Assembly: GCA_017882305.1 (NCBI GenBank)
Contig: JADGPU010000002.1
Span: 1,022 to 65,021, forward strand
Length of the DNA: 64,000 nt
Reading direction: 5' to 3'
DNA from: Bacteroidales bacterium
GTDB lineage: Bacteria; Bacteroidota; Bacteroidia; Bacteroidales; VadinHA17
The position numbers were made by a program, and so were the translations under genes. This document shows, in pieces, positions 44,015 through 53,570 of the stretch (position 1 is the stretch's first letter; the number at the start of each line of letters is the position of its first letter). The notes beneath the pieces were generated by a model that searched no databases, had not been told where the DNA came from, and saw nothing but the letters and a program-made list of their open reading frames with translations.

Positions 44015-47000
44015 TTAGAAAATCAGACGAATTCCCAGAAGGCAACCCCAGGTACTGGCAGTACTAATATCTTTACTAAGGGTTGTCTTTGATATAAAAT
44101 CATCCAGCGATGTAGCATTAAGTTTATAAACAGGAGCTGTGGTTGAAGTACCTCTTGTCACAACTGTTAATGGACGTACGTTATCGTAACTGGCCAATGG
44201 ATTGTACGTGAATGCACCCCATTTATCGTTCAGTAAATTACCAACATTGAGTATATCAATACTAATCTGAAGCGTATATTTGTGGTCAGTTCCAAAGTTT
44301 GAAAATACATCCTGAAGTATTTTTGCATCGAAGCGATGGATCCATGGTTTTACTTCACCAAAACGTTGAGTATATATTCCTTCATGCGACTTGAGATATT
44401 TATTGTTCTGCACATAAGCCCAGAATGCATCCTGCTGTTCAGCTGCAGTCATACCACTGGCAGCAACAAAATTGATATCAGTAGCACTGGATGGAACATA
44501 CATCAGGTCTGATGAGACACCGTCACCATTAAGATCATTGGAGTATGTATAAGACCAGCGTCCTTGCTGATAGCCCTGGTAAACCAGTGAAAAAGTGGTT
44601 GCGAACATTTTTGCATACTCAATACGGTAAGATAAATCACCAACCAGTTTGCTGGGTGTAGCGAAATATGAGTAGCTTAGTCCCGGATCATTCAGACTTC
44701 CGATAGCCGTATTTGAAGAAAATGCAGAATAAGCAGATGAACCCGGGTTAGAGGTTACATCTTTAGCCATCGTATATGTATATGCAAACATTCCTGAAAA
44801 TCCATTGCTGAAGTTCTTTGTCAGCTGAGCTGTAAGTGAATACTGATAGCCTTCCTTTGTATTAGAGAGTTCCATCGCATTACTTACGCTGGAAACTACT
44901 TTCGCAACGGTACTATTGGTCCAATATGGACGAATATCAGATCCGGTCATGGTACCGGTAGGAGCAGCTTCATTAATATTAACCTGTGTTATTGCATTTA
45001 TATCTTTTGAGTAGATTGCCTCACCGGTGAATATCATATTCCATGGAAGTTCAACATCGAAAGCTAAATTGGAACGCCATATCTGAGGAAATTTAAAGTT
45101 TTTGGCAACCTGGGCAAGTGATGAACCATTTGGTAATGATCCAGAACTCTGTGGAAACAGATCAGGTCTACTGGCTATAAACGCCTTATAATCAGGGTCG
45201 AATGCAAGTCCTACAAGGTTGGGGTTTCCAGGGCCCCATCCAATTTCCGGTACCTGAATCACACCTGAGTTAGTTGGCTGGTTGGTGAACCATACAAATG
45301 GAAGCAGTCCGGTGAAAACACCAGAACCTCCACGAATCTGAAGTGAACGATCTCCCTTTAAATCCCAATTGAACCCTAAACGAGGAGATACAATTATTTT
45401 ACTCTCCGGCCATGTACCTACGTCCATCTTTTTACCGTCAGCAAATGTAAGGTCCGAGATTGCAGGATTGTTCTGCAGTTTATTTAAGTAGAATGGCCTC
45501 TCAAAGCGAACACCATAGGTTATTTTCAACCCTGACATAACCTGCCACTCATCCTGTCCGTAAATAGCGCCAAGTCCAAATGTTGCGTCAGCACCGGGAG
45601 CATCATTTCCATTATATCCATAGGTAACTCCGAATCCTGTAGGATCGGCACCATTAATAAAGTCATCAACAGAGTTATATCGATAATACGAAGTTCCCTC
45701 ACGTATATATGAATTAAGGAAGAAAAGCCTGTCGAATGAAGCTCCTGCAGTAAGAATGTGTTTGTTAAGATTAATTGTTACGTTATCGGTAATACTCAGA
45801 GTTTTATTCACTACATTGTTGTTGTAACTGAACAGTTCATAACCGAACGACATATACTGATCACCGCCTTCCCAGATATCAACAAACGGGAAAAGGGATG
45901 AGGGGCTGGTACGGGTATCCTGGATGTATGTGTAGCTGGCAAGAAATTTATTCGAGATCTTTGTTCCAAAGGTACTGTTCAACTCACCTGTTATAGAACG
46001 TACTATATTCTTGAATCCATAAAATGCATTTGAAAAGGCTAAACTCTGGCTGCTAATACGGCCTGAGTTACGTGCATTGTTAGGTGGTCCGCTATTCGGG
46101 TTAGTTTGCTGGTCAGATGTTCCTACAACATCATTGTATCGCAATGTAAACTTGTGATTATTTGAAATATTCCAGTCAATACGTGCCAATATCTTATGGT
46201 TCTTATTCTGGAATGGATCAAAGTTACTGTATTTTCCAGGATCATAATTATATGTTGACGTAAGGTAATCCTTAACACGGATCATATCTGCTTCTGTTGT
46301 ACGGGAGATGTTCTGATCAGGTACGGCAATGCCGTCAGTGCTTGGCTGCCAGGTTACACCCGGAATAGATTGTTGCTCATATTCACCGCTTAAAAAGAAG
46401 AATAATTTATTTTTAATGATAGGTCCACCAACACGAAAACCGTAATTTTGCAGACTACTGGAATTTGCACCTGCCACATGATTCCCGTCTACACTACTCC
46501 CTGTAAATGATTTAGGACGCAGGTAGGTGTAAACAGATGCTTTAAATGTGTTATCTCCACTTCGCGTAACTGCATTTATACTTGCACCTGTAAACTGAGA
46601 TACAGTTACATCGTAAGGAGCAAGTCTTACAGAGACTTCTTCAATTGCATCCATTGAAATTGGCTGAGCATTTCCCCCGGGAAGTGGATTACTGCTTAAC
46701 CCGAAATTATTATTGAATGCTGCACCATCAACTGTGATAGTATTAAAACGACCGTCACGTCCGCTAAAAGAATTACCCTGAGACTGTGGAGTGTATTTTG
46801 AGAAGTCCACAAGACTACGGTTGATAGTAGGAAGTATTGCCAGATCACGAGAGCTAACATTAGTTTGTGTACCTGAATGCTCAGAACTTAAGATTGAGTT
46901 TTTGAGCCCGGAAGTAACTATAACTTCATTCAATGTAGTTGTAGTCTCGGTTAATTGACCATCTTGTATATAGGTCTCGCCCAGTTTGAGGGTAATCTCA

Positions 47001-47284
47001 GTGTAACTATTGGATTTATATCCTATAAAAGAGACAGTTACCGTATAAGGGCCTCCTATACGCATGTTCTGAATACGATAGTTACCAGCATTATCGGTCA
47101 TGGTTGCATACTGTGTTCCTGAAGGAACGTGAATGGCAACAATACTGGCACCAGGAAGAGCTTCTCCTTTGCTGTCAGTTATATTACCACTCAATGATGA
47201 TGTTGTAGCCCCCTGCCCATATACCATAACTGAAATGAACAAGAAACTCAGCATCGTAAACATTCGTTTGAATTGCTTCATCAT
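44015..47284 (-). CDS. TonB-dependent receptor, Oar-like (carboxypeptidase-regulatory-like N-domain, no SusD partner)
   Basis: 1089-aa ORF with a signal peptide. It has a CarbopepD_reg-like block (SGNITDSKGEALPGASIV...YRIQNMRIGGPYTV), then plug and long beta-barrel texture. It ends in an aromatic residue (LIF). Confidence 0.9.
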   Translation of the reverse strand: MMKQFKRMFTMLSFLFISVMVYGQGATTSSLSGNITDSKGEALPGASIVAIHVPSGTQYATMTDNAGNYRIQNMRIGGPYTVTVSFIGYKSNSYTEITLKLGETYIQDGQLTETTTTLNEVIVTSGLKNSILSSEHSGTQTNVSSRDLAILPTINRSLVDFSKYTPQSQGNSFSGRDGRFNTITVDGAAFNNNFGLSSNPLPGGNAQPISMDAIEEVSVRLAPYDVTVSQFTGASINAVTRSGDNTFKASVYTYLRPKSFTGSSVDGNHVAGANSSSLQNYGFRVGGPIIKNKLFFFLSGEYEQQSIPGVTWQPSTDGIAVPDQNISRTTEADMIRVKDYLTSTYNYDPGKYSNFDPFQNKNHKILARIDWNISNNHKFTLRYNDVVGTSDQQTNPNSGPPNNARNSGRISSQSLAFSNAFYGFKNIVRSITGELNSTFGTKISNKFLASYTYIQDTRTSPSSLFPFVDIWEGGDQYMSFGYELFSYNNNVVNKTLSITDNVTINLNKHILTAGASFDRLFFLNSYIREGTSYYRYNSVDDFINGADPTGFGVTYGYNGNDAPGADATFGLGAIYGQDEWQVMSGLKITYGVRFERPFYLNKLQNNPAISDLTFADGKKMDVGTWPESKIIVSPRLGFNWDLKGDRSLQIRGGSGVFTGLLPFVWFTNQPTNSGVIQVPEIGWGPGNPNLVGLAFDPDYKAFIASRPDLFPQSSGSLPNGSSLAQVAKNFKFPQIWRSNLAFDVELPWNMIFTGEAIYSKDINAITQVNINEAAPTGTMTGSDIRPYWTNSTVAKVVSSVSNAMELSNTKEGYQYSLTAQLTKNFSNGFSGMFAYTYTMAKDVTSNPGSSAYSAFSSNTAIGSLNDPGLSYSYFATPSKLVGDLSYRIEYAKMFATTFSLVYQGYQQGRWSYTYSNDLNGDGVSSDLMYVPSSATDINFVAASGMTAAEQQDAFWAYVQNNKYLKSHEGIYTQRFGEVKPWIHRFDAKILQDVFSNFGTDHKYTLQISIDILNVGNLLNDKWGAFTYNPLASYDNVRPLTVVTRGTSTTAPVYKLNATSLDDFISKTTLSKDISTASTWGCLLGIRLIF

Positions 47285-47441
47285 AAAATTAGGATTAAGG
47301 ATTAATAAATTTTCGATAAGGTTATCGTAAATACTTGATTAGCCGGTTACATCAGAATTACAAAAATGTAAAATACAGCACATCAATTTACGGCTCTTTA
47401 AAGGAACCTGCCCAATTATGAAAAGATTAGTTTTTAACAAA

Positions 47442-48707
47442 TTATGAATGCTGCCTGTTAATATCTTCTTTGAAAATTTCTTTGATAATAATTTCAGTAG
47501 CACCGGCATTTTCTATTACATAATTTGATGCAATTTCAGCTGAAATTGTATAAAGCTTCTCATCTGTCAGCCACATATCCAGGATCCCTTTAAAATCTTC
47601 AAAAGTAACGAATGATTTAGCTCCACCGGCATATTTCAAATTAACAGCTTCCATGAACCTTTCATGATTGGGACCAAAAATAACCGGAATTCCCCAGCAC
47701 GCGGGTTCAAGAATATTGTGGATCCCCTTTCCGAATCCACCACCGATTAGAGCAATATATGCATACCTGTAAGCTGAAGAGAGCATACCGATATTATCAA
47801 TAATAAGAACACGGGCATCAGCTGAAACTTCAGTATATTCCGAGAATCTTATACATTTTACTTTAATAAGCTTTTCAAGTCTTTCTATATTTGACTTATC
47901 AATTTCATGCGGTGCGAAGACCCATTTCATTCTTGTGGGGAAACTGTTGATATACTCTGCAATTATCTCTTCATCCTGCCTCCAGCTGCTTCCTGCCAAA
48001 AATAATTTTTCATTTCCTCGAAATTGCTCAAGTTGAGGAATGTCTCTGGCTGTACCTGTTATCTGAACCACTCTGTCGAACCTTGTATCACCTGCAAGAA
48101 AAACTTTCTCTATCCCAATGCTGTTAAGAAGGTCGAAGGATCCTTGATCCTGTACAAATATTTTATCAAATTTCCTTAACATTCCTCTGAAAAACGACCC
48201 GTACCATTTGAAAAAATGTTGCCCTGGACGAAATATTCCAGATATAAGAAACAGGGGAATCTTGTTCCTGTAAAGTGCTGATATATAATTATTCCAGAAT
48301 TCATATTTGACGAATATTACAACTTCAGGTTTAGCCAGATCTATAAATTTTCCGGCATTGCCTGGTGTATCCGAAGGGAGATAACTAATACAATCCGCAT
48401 TGCTATAATTTTTTCTTATTTCATATCCTGAGGGAGAAAAAAAAGTAAGCACAATTTTAAATACCGGCATTTCTCTTTTAATCGCTTCAATTACTGGTCT
48501 TCCCTGCTCAAATTCACCCAATGATGCACAATGAATCCAAATAACCCTGTCTCCCGATTTTATTTTATCTGAAATCTTTTCTGCCCAATTTCTTCTTCCT
48601 TTAACCCATAAAGATGCTCTGGAATTAAACGGAGCTATAAGTTGAGCAAGTGATGAGAAAATCAGGATTCCTATGTTGTATAAAACTTTCATATTTCCCT
48701 GTTTCAA
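47442..48707 (-). CDS. waaA: 3-deoxy-D-manno-octulosonic acid (Kdo) transferase
   Basis: 421-aa ORF with an N-terminal anchor. WIHCASLGEFEQGRPVIEAIKRE and the GT30 C-terminal block (GGSF-type, GGGFGKGIHNILEPA) are present. Confidence 0.85.
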   Translation of the reverse strand: MKQGNMKVLYNIGILIFSSLAQLIAPFNSRASLWVKGRRNWAEKISDKIKSGDRVIWIHCASLGEFEQGRPVIEAIKREMPVFKIVLTFFSPSGYEIRKNYSNADCISYLPSDTPGNAGKFIDLAKPEVVIFVKYEFWNNYISALYRNKIPLFLISGIFRPGQHFFKWYGSFFRGMLRKFDKIFVQDQGSFDLLNSIGIEKVFLAGDTRFDRVVQITGTARDIPQLEQFRGNEKLFLAGSSWRQDEEIIAEYINSFPTRMKWVFAPHEIDKSNIERLEKLIKVKCIRFSEYTEVSADARVLIIDNIGMLSSAYRYAYIALIGGGFGKGIHNILEPACWGIPVIFGPNHERFMEAVNLKYAGGAKSFVTFEDFKGILDMWLTDEKLYTISAEIASNYVIENAGATEIIIKEIFKEDINRQHS

Positions 48708-48760
48708 ATGGCCAAAGGTAATAAAAACTCCTATTTTTGTAGTATTATAACGCCATTGCC

Positions 48761-49708
48761 ATGGTACGACTTATTGCCTTAATTATCTCAATTGTTTTGC
48801 AGATAATTGCTGCATCAATTGCATTGAGATTCATGAAGCTTACCAAATACAGGCTATCATGGATACTACTTTCCCTTTCTTTTGTATTAATGGCTGTTCG
48901 TAAAATCGTACAGCTTTTTGAATATTTCCGAGGTACTCCCTCATATACATGGCAGCTGATAGACGAATGGATCGGAATTATCATTTCAGTAATGATCATT
49001 GGAGGCGTTATTCTCATCCGCGAAATTTTTTACTCACTAAAACGTGCCGAGACAGACAGGTCATTTTCTGAAAAAAGAGTTATAAATGCAATCATAAACA
49101 CTGAGGAAAATGAAAGAAAAAGGTTTGCAAAAGATCTCCACGACGGGCTCGGACCTATTCTGTCAACTGTAAAAATGTCTCTTTCGGCACTAACTGACAG
49201 AATCAAAGATCCGTCCGGATCGGTAATCCTTAATAACACTAACCATCTCGTAAATGAAGCTATAAACACTATCAAAGAGATATCCAATAACCTGAGCCCA
49301 CATATTCTTTCGAATTTTGGACTGGCCAGCGCTATCAGTGCATTTACAACTAAAATTAATCAGACCAAAGCTGTTGAAATTGATTTTAAGTCGAACATGG
49401 AGGCTCAGCGACTTGACAACGAAAAGGAAGTGGTTGTCTATCGTGCTGTTTGTGAGCTTATTAATAATTCAATTCTGCATTCTGGAGCTTCCAGGATTGA
49501 GATAGAATTAAACAAACACGAAAAATTTATTACCTTGCAGTTCTATGATAACGGACGTGGTTTTGATACATCCTCATTAAGCAAAGAAGACACAAAAGGG
49601 ATGGGATTATCAAACATTGAGACCCGCGTAAAAACCGTTGAAGGTGTATTTATCCTGGAAAGCACTCCCGGTAAAGGAACGAGTGCTCTTATCAAATTGA
49701 TTGAATGA
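48761..49708 (+). CDS. sensor histidine kinase (HisKA_3 / NarX-DesK type)
   Basis: 315-aa ORF with three N-terminal TM helices. The H-box is ERKRFAKDLHDGLGPILS. The HATPase region has NNSILHSGAS, DNGRGF and GMGLSNI. Confidence 0.85.
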   Translation: MVRLIALIISIVLQIIAASIALRFMKLTKYRLSWILLSLSFVLMAVRKIVQLFEYFRGTPSYTWQLIDEWIGIIISVMIIGGVILIREIFYSLKRAETDRSFSEKRVINAIINTEENERKRFAKDLHDGLGPILSTVKMSLSALTDRIKDPSGSVILNNTNHLVNEAINTIKEISNNLSPHILSNFGLASAISAFTTKINQTKAVEIDFKSNMEAQRLDNEKEVVVYRAVCELINNSILHSGASRIEIELNKHEKFITLQFYDNGRGFDTSSLSKEDTKGMGLSNIETRVKTVEGVFILESTPGKGTSALIKLIE

Positions 49709-49733
49709 TTCTTATTAACTCGGAATTGACTAA

Positions 49734-50375
49734 ATGGAAAAAATACAGATAATAATTGCAGATGATCACCAACTATTTCGTAACGGATTAAAAATACTTC
49801 TGAATGCATTCCCCGAATTCGAAGTGACAGCCGAAGCTTCAAATGGCGAAGAATTTTTGAAAATTCTGAAGAATACAAAGGCAGATGTTGCCCTTATGGA
49901 TATTAATATGCCTGAAATGGATGGGATAGAAGCTACAAGAAAGGGCCTGAAGATTTGTCCGGGAATTAATATTATCGCTCTTTCAATGTATGGAGAAGAA
50001 GAATACTATTATAAGATGGTAGACGCCGGTGCCAAAGGATTCCTGCTTAAGGATTCGGATATCTCGGAAGTCAAAGAAGCAATTCTCACTGTAAGAAAAG
50101 GAGGCAGCTATTTCTCACAAGAGCTGCTTTATCATGTCATTCAGAAGATCAAATACCGGGAACAGGAAAGCAAATCAGCCAACCTTTCAAAAAGAGAAAA
50201 AGAAATACTGTTTAAAATCTGTGAAGGATTCTCTAACCAGGAGATCGCTGAGTCACTTTTTATAAGTAAAAGAACAGTAGATAAGCATAGGGCAAACCTT
50301 CTCGGAAAAACAAACTCCAAAAATACAGCAAGCCTGATACTTTTTGCTATAAGAAATAAACTTATCGAGATATAA
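49734..50375 (+). CDS. response regulator, NarL/LuxR family
   Basis: 213-aa ORF. The receiver domain has IIIADDH and DVALMDINMPEMDG. The C-terminal LuxR HTH reads LSKREKEILFKICEGFSNQEIAESLFISKRTVDKH. Confidence 0.9.
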   Translation: MEKIQIIIADDHQLFRNGLKILLNAFPEFEVTAEASNGEEFLKILKNTKADVALMDINMPEMDGIEATRKGLKICPGINIIALSMYGEEEYYYKMVDAGAKGFLLKDSDISEVKEAILTVRKGGSYFSQELLYHVIQKIKYREQESKSANLSKREKEILFKICEGFSNQEIAESLFISKRTVDKHRANLLGKTNSKNTASLILFAIRNKLIEI

Positions 50376-50385
50376 CAAATCGTCT

Positions 50386-50751
50386 ATGACCGAGTCACAT
50401 AACCTGGGTCAAAAAGGAGAAGACCTGGCAGCAGATCACTTGAAAAAAGCTGGTTTCAAAATACTCTTCCGGAACTGGAAATGGGGGAAACACGAAATTG
50501 ATATAATAGCTGAAAACCAGGATTTTATCGTATTCATAGAGGTAAAAACGCGGAATGACGACTTCCAGATGCATCCTGTCACCGCTGTAACCAAAGAAAA
50601 ACAAAAATCAATAATCTGGGCAGCCAATGGCTATCTACAAAAATTCAATATAGATAAAGAAGGCAGGTTTGATATTATAACTGTAATTAAATCTGTTGAT
50701 TTATATAAGATTGATCATATAGAAGGGGCGTTTTATCCGACCCTCAGATGA
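50386..50751 (+). CDS. YraN-family (UPF0102) endonuclease-like protein
   Basis: The 121-aa ORF has GQKGEDLAADHLKKAGFKILFRNWKWGKHEIDIIAE...VFIEVKTR, the family signature. Confidence 0.8.
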   Translation: MTESHNLGQKGEDLAADHLKKAGFKILFRNWKWGKHEIDIIAENQDFIVFIEVKTRNDDFQMHPVTAVTKEKQKSIIWAANGYLQKFNIDKEGRFDIITVIKSVDLYKIDHIEGAFYPTLR

Positions 50752-50829
50752 ACTCACTCCCAACACAAGGGGGTGAGTACATAAGTATAAGAATAAGGAT
50801 AAAAAGGTTAATATCAAAGAATAATTTTC

Positions 50830-51153
50830 ATGGATATAGTTACATTAAGAGATTACTGTATCTCAAAAAAAGGTGCATCCGAAAGTTTCCCTTTCGGAGA
50901 CGATACACTTGTTTTTAAAGCCGACGGAAAAATATTCGCCCTGGTCAACCTCGATGGTGATTTGAGCATCAACTTAAAATGTGATCCTGAGTTTGCTATC
51001 GATCTACGGGAAAGATACTCCTCAGTCATACCCGGTTACCATATGAATAAAAAACACTGGAATACTGTTATACTCAATGGATCAGTTCCTGATAAGGAGG
51101 TATTTTCGTGGATTGATCATTCTTATGAACTGATTACAGGTAAGCGTCATTAA
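50830..51153 (+). CDS. MmcQ/YjbR-family protein
   Basis: The 107-aa ORF reads ...KGASESFPFGDDTLVFKADGKIFALV...PGYHMNKKHWNTVILNG, the typical YjbR pattern. Confidence 0.75.
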   Translation: MDIVTLRDYCISKKGASESFPFGDDTLVFKADGKIFALVNLDGDLSINLKCDPEFAIDLRERYSSVIPGYHMNKKHWNTVILNGSVPDKEVFSWIDHSYELITGKRH

Positions 51154-51295
51154 GAATGACGTGAAACATATATTATGATCAGATCGGAATTTTCCTCCCT
51201 GACTTTCTTAATTGAATTGCAGATAAGTTCTTTGTTGATGGAAAAATTTCTGATATGGATTGGTCTGTGCAACATTAAATCTCAATTAAAGCATG

Positions 51296-52126
51296 TTAAA
51301 AGGTCATCCCTATCCGGAATGATAACAATTTCTGAGTAACCACATTCGATGACTGATCTCCGTTATCCGTGGTAATGTCAAATAAGTTTTTTTCAAATCC
51401 AATACCAACAATAAAGCTATTATTTCCTGCGAGAGGATATTCCATACCCGCCATTATATGGAATGAAAGGTTGAATATGTTTAGTTCCGGCGAAGCATTA
51501 CCTCCTTTTATATTGAGTGATGGGATGTCTGCCCTGCCTCCGACTACGATTTCTGGATCTAATCCAACATCTGTAAAAAATCTCCCGTAACCGATCTGGT
51601 TTGTCTGGAGTTTTATACCCAGAGGTATGGAGAGATAGGTTATTCTATATGTAATTGCTTCTCCGGGCTGGACGGTAAGAATTGAGCTGCTGTAATTTTT
51701 CAGCTCGAAATGGGTGGTCTCTCTGTTGATAAGTCTTCCGCCGGCATTAATAATATTTATCCCTGAAGAAAAGGAATAGTTGGGACTAAAATACTTGTTA
51801 TATGAAATGCCGAAATTAAATCCGGGAACTACTCCGTCACTGCGGGTATCATAACTGTCAGTTGAAAACCAGCTGATTAGAGGATCAAAATGAATGCTGA
51901 AGCTTATGAAAGGCTGAAAGCCGCCCGTTTGCATATATGGGTTATAACCTTGACGGTTACTTTGCATGGGCGGATTCGGAACAATGACTGAACGATAAGG
52001 TGGCATACGCAACCAGGGAGAATAACGATAACCTGGCTGGGCATTTATATTCCGGCACATTAATATCAGAGAAACAGCGATTATTGCTATAATCGTTCTG
52101 GTTGCGTATTTATAATTGCGTATCAT
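51296..52126 (-). CDS. outer-membrane beta-barrel protein (porin-like), Pro/Gln-rich N-terminal region
   Basis: 276-aa ORF with a signal peptide and alternating hydrophobic beta-strand texture. The C-terminus ends in Phe (FRIGMTF). Confidence 0.6.
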   Translation of the reverse strand: MIRNYKYATRTIIAIIAVSLILMCRNINAQPGYRYSPWLRMPPYRSVIVPNPPMQSNRQGYNPYMQTGGFQPFISFSIHFDPLISWFSTDSYDTRSDGVVPGFNFGISYNKYFSPNYSFSSGINIINAGGRLINRETTHFELKNYSSSILTVQPGEAITYRITYLSIPLGIKLQTNQIGYGRFFTDVGLDPEIVVGGRADIPSLNIKGGNASPELNIFNLSFHIMAGMEYPLAGNNSFIVGIGFEKNLFDITTDNGDQSSNVVTQKLLSFRIGMTF

Positions 52127-52357
52127 TGGTTAAAAGAATAAGTCAAATTATCAATTAAAACCTGGCAGTACTATTAATACTATCCTGAAGTTATAATTGC
52201 AAATATTATACCAGCTTTTAGTGTTGATGATATTAGTTGTCAAATTGGATAACTGGATTTACAGGCTCTATCTTAATATTCATTCATTTTATCACATATT
52301 TAATTTTTAATTATTTGTTTGTATTTCATCTATTAATATAGTATAGTTAAAATCCAA

Positions 52358-52455
52358 TTGAATAAGAAACACTGGAACACTGTTTTGCTCGATGGATCCA
52401 TACCTGACAAAGAGGTATTCATCTGGATCGATCATTCATATAATCTGATTATAAA
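52358..52455 (+). pseudogene. 3'-terminal remnant of a second YjbR-family gene
   Basis: About 100 nt align by eye at roughly three-quarters identity with 51053-51150. The translation NKKHWNTVLLDGSIPDKEVFIWIDHSYNLI compares with NKKHWNTVILNGSVPDKEVFSWIDHSYELI. There is no upstream coding part. Confidence 0.65.
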
Positions 52456-52584
52456 ACGGATCTGTTTTAGATTCATTTCTGTTTTTTATTGATTTTATTT
52501 CTCCATTATTTTTCTAGCTTAGCATTTTCATAAATTGATCTTATTTAATATTCCAGATTTAAATAGTTATTAAATTCTAATATT

Positions 52585-53420
52585 ATGAAAACCCGTATCC
52601 TGCCGGTATTCATTTTATCACTTTTTATTGCACCGACTTATGCCCAAAAGAAATATATTGATCCTCAGAAAACCAAAGAGGGTTATAAGTTTACTCCTGT
52701 GGTGGAATTAAAAGCCACTCCTGTTAAGAACCAGTCCAAAACAGGAACCTGTTGGTGCTTTGGAACTACATCATTTATTGAATCTGAACTCATTAGGAAA
52801 GGTAAAGGAGAATTTGATCTTTCTGAAATGTGGATTATAAGACATAACTATGGTGACAGATTGAAAGACAACTTCATCCAGCAAGGAAAAGGCAATCTGA
52901 AAGAAGGAGGTCTTGCTCATGACTGGATGATAGAATTTGTACAAAACGGCATTGTACCAGATGAAGTTTATACTGGTCTGAATTACAGCATGACAAATCA
53001 TAATCACGTCGAACTTAATTCTTTTATAAATGCTATCTCTACTGTCCCACTTAAGAGAAACATGGAGAGCGATCAGTATTTCACAATAGTCGATGCAATT
53101 CTTGATACCTATCTTGGTAAGGTACCTCAGACTTTTACATACAAAGGTGTGGGTTACACTCCAAAATCCTTCGCCAAAAGCCTGGGAATAAACCCGGATG
53201 ATTACATGGAGATTACTTCATTCACCATTTTCCCATTCTATACACAAGGACTCGTTCCTGTTTTCGACAACTGGGAAAAGTAAATTTCTATAATGTACCT
53301 CTTGATGACCTGATCGCAATAATGGATTTTTCTCTAAATAACGGATACACAATTGATTGGGATGGTGATGTAAGTGAAGATGGATTCGCATATGGCAAGG
53401 GAGTGGCCATCTGTTCTTAA
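52585..53420 (+). pseudogene. C1-family peptidase (aminopeptidase C-like) pseudogene: frameshifted and 3'-truncated
   Basis: The 232-aa ORF (52585-53283) has a signal peptide and the Cys block NQSKTGTCWCFGTTSFIESE. Homology to the paralog at 7208-8464 continues in another frame (NFYNVPLDDLIAIMDFSLNNGYTIDWDGDVSEDGF versus YCNVPLDIFMETLKKVVRNGFTISIGGDVSEPGF). It stops at ~53420, before the catalytic His region. Confidence 0.7.
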
Positions 53421-53454
53421 CGAGCAGCTTTTTTATATTTTGAATATTCAATTT

Positions 53455-53561
53455 GTTACACAGAGTTTCACAGAGGTCCCACAGAGGACCACAGAGAGGC
53501 TTTATGATAGTCATTACATCTCTGTGTAACTCTGTGTCTTCTCTGTGCCACTCTGTGTAAC
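53455..53561. repeat. CACAGAG/CTCTGTG word-repeat dyad element
   Basis: The left arm gttacacagagtttcacagaggtcccacagaggaccacagagagg has four ACAGAG words about 10-11 nt apart. The right arm atctctgtgtaactctgtgtcttctctgtgccactctgtgtaac is its imperfect reverse complement. The words pair and the spacers differ. Confidence 0.8.
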
Positions 53562-53570
53562 TATGAAATA

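Noticed and set aside
48745-49017. 90-aa minus-strand ORF overlapping the histidine kinase 5' end.
   Set aside because: It runs antisense to the kinase's TM region. Hydrophobic mirror ORFs like this are typical artefacts.
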